A DNA stretch of 32,000 nt from Candidatus Velamenicoccus archaeovorus (GTDB lineage Bacteria; Omnitrophota; Gorgyraeia; Velamenicoccales; Velamenicoccaceae): positions 1,680,001-1,712,000 of the forward strand of contig NZ_CP019384.1 of the NCBI RefSeq assembly GCF_004102945.1. The letters run 5' to 3'. The position numbers and the translations under genes are program-made. The notes under the pieces are model-generated. The model was not told the origin of the DNA, did not search any database, and saw only the letters and a list, made by a program, of their open reading frames with translations. Shown in pieces: positions 13,633 to 20,333 of the stretch. Numbering within the stretch: the first letter of the stretch is position 1; every line of letters begins with the position of its first letter.

Positions 13633-15591
13633 TTACTCTTCCTCGTGCTTGTGCCGGGGGTTCTGGGCGACGATCCCCTGGGAGATTTTTGCCGGGACTT
13701 CTTCGTAGGACGAAAAATGCATCGTGTAGCTCCCCCGGCCCCCTGTCATGGAACGCAGGTCCGTGGCGTAACGAAACATCTCGGCCAAGGGCACAAGGGC
13801 CTTGATGGTCTGGTTCTTGCCGCGCGCCTCAACGCCGAGGACCCGCCCTCGCCTGGAATTGAGGTCCGCGGGGATGGAGCCCATGCACTCCTCGGGAACG
13901 GTCACCTCGACCTCCATGATAGGCTCAAGCAGGATCGGCTGGGCATCCATGGCCGCCTTGCGAAACGCCAAGGCGCCGGCGATCTGAAAAGCCATATCGG
14001 AGGAATCTACGTCGTGATAGGAGCCGTCATAAGCGGTGGCGCGCACGCCCACCATGGGGAACGATGTGATCACCCCGCCCAGCATGGCGTTATGCACCCC
14101 TTTCTCGACGGAAGGGATAAAATTCCTCGGGATGGCGCCTCCGACGATCTTGTCGACGAACTCAAAATCCTTACCACGCTCCAGAGGCGCGACCTCCAGC
14201 CAAACGTCGCCATACTGGCCCCGGCCCCCGGATTGTTTTTTGTGCTTGCCCTGGGCCCTGGCCGCCTTCTTGATCGTCTCCTTATAGGGCACTTTGGGAG
14301 TGCCGATCTCAACCTCGACGTGATAACGCTCTTTGAGGCGCTTGACCATGACGTCGATATGCTGGTCCCCGAGGCCGGAAATGATCGTCTCCTTGGTCTG
14401 CGTATCGCGAGAGATCTTGAACGTCGGGTCTGAGGCGCAAAGCTTGGCGAGGGCCTCCGAGATCTTTTCTTCGTCCTGGCGGGTCTTGGGTTTGATGGAA
14501 GAAGAAAAGACCGGTTCCGGAAAGGCGATCGGCGCAAACACAACCTGCTGTTTCTCGTCGGCCAGGCTGTCGCCCAAAAGGGTCTCTTTAAGTTTGGACA
14601 CAGCCACAATGTCGCCGCATGAAGCCGACGCGACCGGCCGCTGTTCTTTGCCCTGCAAAAGAATCAACTGGCCGATCCTCTCCTTTGTGCCGCGCGTCAC
14701 ATTATAAAAACCGGTATTGCCTGCCAGGGTGCCTGAAAAAATCCGCAAGATCGTCAATTGGCCGACAAAGGGGTCTACGACGGATTTAAACACGAAGGCC
14801 GCGAAGGGCGCATCCTCGGCAAGCTTGAGCTCGCGCGGCTGGTCCGTCTGGGCGTCGGTCACGGCGACGGCCGGCCGTTCCAGCGGCGAAGGCAGATAAT
14901 CCACAATAAAATCCAAAAGCTCCTTGGTGCCCTTGTCCGTCAGGGCCGAGCCTGCGATGATAGGATAAAGTTTTCCCTTCACGATAGCGTCTTTAAGGGC
15001 TTTTTTGAACTCTTCTTCCTTGATCTCCTTGCCCTCAAGGTAGCGCTCCAGGAGTTCGTCATTGGTCTCGGCGATCGCCTCCTTCAATTCTGCCGAGACA
15101 GGAAAGGAAACGACGGCCGCAGCCTTGGAAAACCTCTCTTTGATCTCCCGGACAACTTCGTCCAGATTGACGTTCTCCTTATCGGTCTTATTGATAAAGA
15201 TCAAGCGCGACAGCTTCAATTCTTCTAAGGCATCCCATGCCCGTTCGGTGCCGACCTCAATGCCTCCGGTCGCGTCTATGACCAGGATGCCGGCATCGAC
15301 CGCGCGCACGGCCCCGAGCATGTCTGCGGCAAAATCCGCATAACCGGGCGTGTCCACCATCTGGACAGAGTGGTTACGCCAGGACAAATGGCACAGGCTG
15401 GAATTGATAGAATTCTTGCGCTGAATCTCATCGGCGTTATAGTCGCTCGTTGTATTGCCTTCGGCGATCGCCCCCTTGCGGGAAACGGCACCGGCGGCGA
15501 AAAGAAGGGCTTCTACCAACGTGGTCTTGCCCGCTTGGGCGTGAGATACAAAAACAACAGTTCTTTTGGCATCAGGCTTGACGTTGTCCAT
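13633..15591 (-). CDS. Elongation factor G paralogue (EF-G-like translational GTPase with an atypical G3 motif)
   Basis: 652 aa. G1 is SHAQAGKTT, G3 is DTPGYADF (canonical DTPGHVDF) and G4 is NKTD. Domains II-V are recognisable, including the domain IV tip SYHDVDSSDMAFQIAG. SD GGGGAG lies 7 nt before ATG 15591. Confidence 0.85.
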   Translation of the reverse strand: MDNVKPDAKRTVVFVSHAQAGKTTLVEALLFAAGAVSRKGAIAEGNTTSDYNADEIQRKNSINSSLCHLSWRNHSVQMVDTPGYADFAADMLGAVRAVDAGILVIDATGGIEVGTERAWDALEELKLSRLIFINKTDKENVNLDEVVREIKERFSKAAAVVSFPVSAELKEAIAETNDELLERYLEGKEIKEEEFKKALKDAIVKGKLYPIIAGSALTDKGTKELLDFIVDYLPSPLERPAVAVTDAQTDQPRELKLAEDAPFAAFVFKSVVDPFVGQLTILRIFSGTLAGNTGFYNVTRGTKERIGQLILLQGKEQRPVASASCGDIVAVSKLKETLLGDSLADEKQQVVFAPIAFPEPVFSSSIKPKTRQDEEKISEALAKLCASDPTFKISRDTQTKETIISGLGDQHIDVMVKRLKERYHVEVEIGTPKVPYKETIKKAARAQGKHKKQSGGRGQYGDVWLEVAPLERGKDFEFVDKIVGGAIPRNFIPSVEKGVHNAMLGGVITSFPMVGVRATAYDGSYHDVDSSDMAFQIAGALAFRKAAMDAQPILLEPIMEVEVTVPEECMGSIPADLNSRRGRVLGVEARGKNQTIKALVPLAEMFRYATDLRSMTGGRGSYTMHFSSYEEVPAKISQGIVAQNPRHKHEEE

Positions 15592-15604
15592 TTCTTATCT
15601 CCCC

Positions 15605-15775
15605 TTGATTTTGCCACGAGTGGGTGAGTTTACCTTGCAAAATCAACTCCAAGCTTGCTCGGTCTGCTGAAACAGCAGACCAGGGAAATTTTTCCGGATG
15701 GCCGTCCTGGCCGGCTGCGCCAGGCCGACGGCCTTCCCTGGAAAAATTTACAAGCGCATAAGCAAGGAGTCAAAC
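15605..15775. repeat. Repeat modules in the EF-G-paralogue leader: short hairpin (15605-15646) plus long hairpin LH4 (15645-15775)
   Basis: TTGATTTTGC-N22-GCAAAATCAA, then AACTCCAAG...GGTCTGCTGAAACAGCAGACC...GGGAAATTTTT-[40-nt block 15694-15733]-...GGAAAAATTT...CAAGGAGTCAAAC. Confidence 0.8.
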
Positions 15776-15896
15776 TCAATGAACGGACAATTTACACGAA
15801 CGAATGAAATAAATGAACGCAAATTGTGTTACGTCCGTAGCGCTCCATAAACCTGGGCTGTATTTAACTGTCTGCCGCAAAAAACGTTAGGTGTTT

Positions 15897-15925
15897 ATTA
15901 TAATAGATAAACCTCAAAGCGTCAA
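15897..15925 (-). promoter_or_regulatory. Near-consensus sigma70 promoter driving the EF-G-paralogue unit
   Basis: Minus strand TTGACG (15925..15920), 17-nt spacer, TATAAT (15902..15897). It lies just downstream of the kamA terminator. The predicted TSS near 15890 implies a ~300-nt leader. Confidence 0.6.
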
Positions 15926-15973
15926 TGGAACCGTCACGGAGGCCGCAGAAGGGGTGCTCAAGGCCCTGGAGGC

Positions 15974-16006
15974 CAAAAAAAGCCCCCTTTTGCTCAAAAG
16001 GGGGCT
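15974..16006 (-). terminator. Rho-independent terminator after kamA
   Basis: AGCCCCCTTT/AAAGGGGGCT stem (15981-16006). On the minus strand it is followed by TTTTTTT (plus-strand A-run 15974-15980). It starts 22 nt after the stop at 16029. Confidence 0.85.
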
Positions 16007-16028
16007 CAAGATCGCGGGAAAACCGCCA

Positions 16029-17252
16029 TTATTCTACATAGGTGTAAATCTTACCTTTATAATTACGCAATACGTGTTTGCCCTTATCCTGCGAAATCAG
16101 GTAGCTGGGGCCCACGGGGATCTTGCCGCCGCCTCCCGGAGCATCCACCACGTAGGTCGGGACGGCATAGCCAGAGGTGAAACCGCGCAGCTTTTCAATG
16201 ATATTGATGCCTACCGCCACGGGCGTGCGGAAATGCGCCGTGCCCTTGACCGGGTCGCATTGATAAATGTAATACGGCCGCACGCGCACCTTCAAGAGCT
16301 CATGCATGAGCTTTCTCATGATGTAGGGTTTGTCGTTGATGCCTTTCAGAAGCACAGTCTGACTGCCCAAAGGAATGCCCGCATCAGCCAGCATGTCCAA
16401 GGCTGCCTTGCAACGCCGCGAAACCTCCCGCGGATGGTTAAAATGGATGCTGATCCAAAGCGGTGAATATTTTTTGAGCATCGCAATAAGGGATTCAGTG
16501 ATCCTGTGGGGGAGAGTGACCGGGACGCGTGTGCCCAGGCGGACAAATTCCACATGCGGTATGCTCTTGATCTTCCTGATGATCTCTTCAAGCTCGCTAT
16601 CTTCAAGCATCAGGGGATCGCCTCCTGAGATCAAGACATCGCGGATCTTCTTGTTGGAACGGATATAATCCGCGGCCGCGTCGAGCGCTTTGGCATTCAT
16701 GGCATGCGATACCTTCTCGCCCACGAGGCGCCTGCGCGTGCAATGGCGGCAATACATGGCGCACTTCTCCGTGCTCAACAAAAGGACCCTGTCGGGATAC
16801 CTGTGGACCAAGCCGCTGGCCGGAGAATCACGGTCTTCGGCGCACGGATCGACGAATTCGTTAGCGCCAAACTGGAATTCTTGTTTCAAAGGGACGGCCT
16901 GCCTGCGGATGGGACACTCGGGATCGTCAGGGTCCATCAAGGTCGTCCAATAAGGTGTGATGGCCATCGACAAACGGCCGTTGGACTTTTTGATACCCTC
17001 CTCTTCTTCCGGCGTCAGGATAAGAACCTTGGAGATCGCCTCAAGGCTGTGGATACGGTTGTCGATCTGCCAATGCCAATCTTCCCACTGCTCTTCAGGA
17101 ACGTCCTTCCAAAGCGCGACCTTGCGATAGTCGCCGATACAGCCGCGGCGCACCAGCGTCTGCGGTGACGCATGTTCCAATGTCTGGGCTTGGCTTGCCA
17201 GTTGACCCTCCTTGATTTTGCCTATATTGAAGTATTTTCCCTGCAAAATCAA
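16029..17252 (-). CDS. kamA: KamA-family radical-SAM aminomutase (lysine 2,3-aminomutase-like)
   Basis: CAMYCRHCTRRR (the CxxxCxxC cluster), GGDPL, SLRMAITPY-like RLSMAITPYW, and PTYVVDAPGGGGKIP. The N-terminus aligns with clostridial KamA from about residue 40 (YRKVALWKDVPEEQWEDWHWQ). The track start (TTG 17252) lies inside a repeat hairpin. The real start is uncertain: CTG 17201 just after SD GGAGGG, or a downstream TTG or GTG. Confidence 0.88.
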   Translation of the reverse strand: MILQGKYFNIGKIKEGQLASQAQTLEHASPQTLVRRGCIGDYRKVALWKDVPEEQWEDWHWQIDNRIHSLEAISKVLILTPEEEEGIKKSNGRLSMAITPYWTTLMDPDDPECPIRRQAVPLKQEFQFGANEFVDPCAEDRDSPASGLVHRYPDRVLLLSTEKCAMYCRHCTRRRLVGEKVSHAMNAKALDAAADYIRSNKKIRDVLISGGDPLMLEDSELEEIIRKIKSIPHVEFVRLGTRVPVTLPHRITESLIAMLKKYSPLWISIHFNHPREVSRRCKAALDMLADAGIPLGSQTVLLKGINDKPYIMRKLMHELLKVRVRPYYIYQCDPVKGTAHFRTPVAVGINIIEKLRGFTSGYAVPTYVVDAPGGGGKIPVGPSYLISQDKGKHVLRNYKGKIYTYVE

Positions 17253-17491
17253 CCCCGAGCTTACGCAGAAAATTTATGCCGACGCGTCGTGGCATAAATT
17301 TTCAAGTGCTTAAGCGAGGGGTGAAAATGCATTCCTTAATCCTGCCTCTGGCAGGATTAACTCCGAGTGTAGCTGAAAAATTTGTGGATGCCCGCCGAGA
17401 CCTGGCCCAGGCCAAAGGCCGGGCCGAGACGAGGCTGGGTGCATCCAGAAATTTCAGCTGTTTACACGAGGAGTCAAGTCGATTCCTTAAT
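17212..17491. repeat. Repeat modules between the ATP-grasp gene and kamA: short hairpin, LH5, short hairpin, LH6, TTCCTTAAT box
   Basis: TTGATTTTGC-N21-GCAAAATCAA (17212-17252). LH5 at 17251-17326 (AACCCCGAG...AGAAAATTTATGCC...GGCATAAATTTTC...CGAGGGGTGAAA). TTAATCCTGCC-TCT-GGCAGGATTAA (17336-17360). LH6 at 17359-17478 (AACTCCGAGTGTAGCTGAAAAATTTGTGGATGC...GCATCCAGAAATTTCAGCTGTTTACACGAGGAGTCAAG). TTCCTTAAT at 17332-17340 and 17483-17491. Confidence 0.8.
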
Positions 17492-17492
17492 T

Positions 17493-18497
17493 TTACCTAT
17501 CCTTCTCCTGCCCTGTGCGTTCCAGGGCTGTGTCGATAATCTTCAATATCAACCCCTGATACGTCATACCTTCCGCCTGCGCAATCAGCGGAAAGACGTC
17601 GGCGCTCGACAGCGACGGCAACGGGTTCAATTCAAGGACATAGGGCCGGCCGGATTCGTCGACGCGAAAATCCACGCGGCCGAAATCCAGACAGCCGACA
17701 GCCCTGTAAGTCCGGACCGCCATATCGCAGAGCTCACGGCGCAAGGCCTCATCCACTTTCGGGGGACACACATAGACGACATCATCGCCTTCCAGGCGGC
17801 GCGACGTATAAATCAAGTCTCCAAGTTGCAGGTGCCCGGTGATCTGGATCTGCACGGGCATCAGGGCACGCGGCTCCTTGTTGCCGATCACCAGGACCGT
17901 AAACTCCCCACCCCGGATAAACTCCTCGACAAGCGCCGGCTGCCTGTAAAGCCGAGACAGCTCCCTCACCTGGCGCTCCAAGGCCGTCCTGTCGAAAACG
18001 ATAGAATCTTCGGAAACCCCCTTGGACGAACCCTCATGGCAAGGCTTGACGATAAAAGGGAATCGCATCGAATCCAGATTATTAAAATCATATTGCTCGT
18101 CTGCCAGGAAAAATTTCGGCGTCGAGACGCCTTCGCTTAAAAAAACCTTCTTCGCCATCGCCTTGTCGAGGGTCAACCCCATCGTCAAACCGTCGGAACC
18201 CACATAGGGAACACCAAGGATATCAAGAACCACCGGCACCTGTGATTCGCGGTTCCTGTTGCCCAACCCTTCACAAATATTAAGAACGATGTCGATACTC
18301 GCGAGCTCGCGGCTGCGGCCCAAAAGATTCGCGGCATTGCCGATCTTGACAACCTTGTGCCCGCCGGACTCCAGGGCCTCTACGACTTCCTGTATCGTGG
18401 CTTCATGATCCAATTCGGCGAAATGGTCCGACGGCACGTCAGCCACGGCAGGATGGTCGCTTTTCAGGTCATATGTAAAACCGATTGTTTTTCCCAT
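17493..18497 (-). CDS. D-alanine--D-alanine ligase-family ATP-grasp enzyme (short, divergent; substrate unknown)
   Basis: 334 aa. The sequence runs MGKTIGFTYDLKSDH...LGVPYVGS...DKAMAKKVF...FPFIVKPCHEGSSKGV...VEEFIRGGEFTVLVIG...GRVDFRVDESGRPYVLELNPLPSL, with the Ddl/ATP-grasp motif order. Confidence 0.8.
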   Translation of the reverse strand: MGKTIGFTYDLKSDHPAVADVPSDHFAELDHEATIQEVVEALESGGHKVVKIGNAANLLGRSRELASIDIVLNICEGLGNRNRESQVPVVLDILGVPYVGSDGLTMGLTLDKAMAKKVFLSEGVSTPKFFLADEQYDFNNLDSMRFPFIVKPCHEGSSKGVSEDSIVFDRTALERQVRELSRLYRQPALVEEFIRGGEFTVLVIGNKEPRALMPVQIQITGHLQLGDLIYTSRRLEGDDVVYVCPPKVDEALRRELCDMAVRTYRAVGCLDFGRVDFRVDESGRPYVLELNPLPSLSSADVFPLIAQAEGMTYQGLILKIIDTALERTGQEKDR

Positions 18498-18530
18498 GAA
18501 TTCCCGCTCTTTCGACGGGGGCTAAATAAT

Positions 18531-18560
18531 AAAAAAAGGGACCCCGCTGTCGAGAGTCCC
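18531..18560 (-). terminator. Intrinsic terminator-like hairpin in the ATP-grasp gene leader (attenuator or sRNA 3' end)
   Basis: Minus strand GGGACTCT-cgacagc-GGGGTCCC followed by TTTTTTT. The two non-Watson-Crick positions are G-U on the minus strand but C-A on the plus strand, which indicates minus-strand function. It sits 33 nt upstream of ATG 18497 and ~55 nt downstream of a candidate promoter. Confidence 0.6.
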
Positions 18561-18620
18561 TTAACACATTAACTTTTTGATTTGAATCTCCTTTGATTTA
18601 AAAATTTTATCTATAAACAA

Positions 18621-18649
18621 AAATTATCACAATAAATTACCCTTGTCAA
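18621..18649 (-). promoter_or_regulatory. Sigma70-like promoter upstream of the ATP-grasp/kamA operon
   Basis: Minus strand TTGACA (18649..18644), 17-nt spacer, TAATTT (18626..18621), within the only strongly AT-rich stretch of the spacer. Confidence 0.45.
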
Positions 18650-18765
18650 GATGTTTTGAGCGGCTTGAGCCGATTTTTTTCGCCCTTTTTCCCGTCGGGA
18701 AAAAAATTTTCGTCTCACGGCGCGGAAAATATCCTTGCCGGAAAAACAATTCGCTAAAATTTTCC

Positions 18766-19575
18766 CTAAAACTGGCTGCGCCGCTCGAATGCCGAGCAGG
18801 AGAACAGCCCGAGCGCGGTGATCAGAAGGAAAGATTGAAAGATATAGAGTCCTGCCGGGATGTCGAGATGGAAAAACCGGAGCTCTTTCATGGAAATACC
18901 GAGGAGGGTATTGATCTGCGGCAAGGCATTGAGGCCCAGACGGGCCGCTTTTTCAAAAAAGACGGGCCAGCCGAAACGCGCAAAGACCAGGCGCGCCGAA
19001 GACGTGCCGAAACCGGCGATGACGACAAAAATGGTCAAGACGCCGGCCATCATGTTGGGCATGAGGCAATAGAAAAAAACGACGAGGCTGACATACAGGA
19101 TCCCCAGGAGCGCGGCGACGGACAACCCGCTCCAGACAAACGGCAAGAGCATCCTTTCATGGGACAAGACGACCAGCCAGATGCCGGAGGTCATCAGAAA
19201 CCAGTTAATGAGGATCATCTGATAGAGGCCGAGAAGGACGCCGGCCATGATCTGCCACCGCCGCACAGGCCGCGATAAAAGCAGGACGAGCCTTTCAAAA
19301 GCCAGGTAATTCTGCATCGTATTGAGCGAAACAAAAACGGCGATCAAGAGAATAAAGATGTGGATGGCGACGAAGCCGATCTGCAAAGACGAAGTCAGGG
19401 CCGGCTGGTTTTCAAAAACTTTCGGGTCGGCCACCATGTAGGGGACATTGGCCATTAAAATAAAAAGAAAGGAAAGGAGGAGAAAGCCGTACATCATCTT
19501 CTCGCGCACGGCGGCACGGTAGACATCTCCGGCGATCAGGCGGACCTGCCAGAGGAAAAGCAGAGGACCTCTCAT
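18766..19575 (-). CDS. ABC-2-type transporter permease
   Basis: 269 aa with six or more hydrophobic helices. It overlaps the upstream ABC ATPase gene by ATGA (19572-19575). No finer assignment is possible by eye. Confidence 0.65.
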   Translation of the reverse strand: MRGPLLFLWQVRLIAGDVYRAAVREKMMYGFLLLSFLFILMANVPYMVADPKVFENQPALTSSLQIGFVAIHIFILLIAVFVSLNTMQNYLAFERLVLLLSRPVRRWQIMAGVLLGLYQMILINWFLMTSGIWLVVLSHERMLLPFVWSGLSVAALLGILYVSLVVFFYCLMPNMMAGVLTIFVVIAGFGTSSARLVFARFGWPVFFEKAARLGLNALPQINTLLGISMKELRFFHLDIPAGLYIFQSFLLITALGLFSCSAFERRSQF

Positions 19576-20333
19576 GATGCCCCCTTGACCAGTTGTAAAA
19601 AGATCGGCTCCAGGCCGCCCTCGGCGGCAAAATCCTGAGCCGATGCGACCCTCAGGAGACGGCCGCGGGCGATGACCGCGACGCGGTCGGAAAGCCTCTC
19701 GATCAATGGCAAGGTGTGAGAAGACAAAAAAATGGTCTTGCCTTTCTTTTTGAGCATGCCGATGATGCCCCGGAAACGCTCGACGGCCAGAGGATCGAGA
19801 TAAACGGTGGGTTCGTCGAAGAAGATCAGGTCGGGATCGTGAACAAGGGCCAGCGCCAAATCCAGGAGACGCCGCTGCCCCATCGAAAGGCTGCGCACGA
19901 AGGTGGCGCGTTCCCGCAAGACAAAACCTATCATCTCAAACATGGAAGCGATGCGCTCCCGGACGGTCGCGCCCGGCAAACCATAGAGACGCGCAAAAAA
20001 AGACAGGAGTTCCGTCATCGTCATATCCGCCGGCAGATACGTGCTCTCCGGGACATAACCGATGCGGGACAGAGGCCAAATCTGACCGCAGCGAAAAGGC
20101 TTTCCGAAAATCTCGATGCCGCCAGCCGTCGGACGCGAGATCCCCGCGAGCATGTGCAGGGTTGTCGTCTTGCCGGCGCCGTTCGGGCCCAAAAAACCGA
20201 AAACCTCGCCGCGGCGGACATCCAGGGTCAAATCGATAACGGCCCGGACCTTTTTTTGAAAAAAAACAGGGCCGCTTTTATACTCTTTGGAAAGACTCTG
20301 CGTTTTTAAAACGATGTTTTCTTCTGAGGCCAT
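19572..20333 (-). CDS. ABC transporter ATP-binding protein
   Basis: Walker A GPNGAGKTT, signature LSMGQRRLL, Walker B LIFFDEP, H-loop SSHTL. The track start 20450 adds 39 Arg/Gly-rich residues read through the HAD gene, so I use ATG 20333 (MASEENIVLKTQ). Confidence 0.88.
   Translation of the reverse strand: MASEENIVLKTQSLSKEYKSGPVFFQKKVRAVIDLTLDVRRGEVFGFLGPNGAGKTTTLHMLAGISRPTAGGIEIFGKPFRCGQIWPLSRIGYVPESTYLPADMTMTELLSFFARLYGLPGATVRERIASMFEMIGFVLRERATFVRSLSMGQRRLLDLALALVHDPDLIFFDEPTVYLDPLAVERFRGIIGMLKKKGKTIFLSSHTLPLIERLSDRVAVIARGRLLRVASAQDFAAEGGLEPIFLQLVKGAS

Noticed and set aside
15789-15817. Second candidate promoter TTCATT-17-TAAATT directly upstream of LH4
   Set aside because: It is a much weaker match than TTGACG-17-TATAAT at 15925..15897, and in AT-rich sequence such matches are expected by chance.
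18561-18620. Riboswitch (for example preQ1-I, given folE in the window) in the ATP-grasp leader
   Set aside because: The ~55-nt segment is AT-rich with no stem or pseudoknot that I can draw, and it does not match the preQ1 consensus as I remember it. I kept it only as a generic attenuator/sRNA question.
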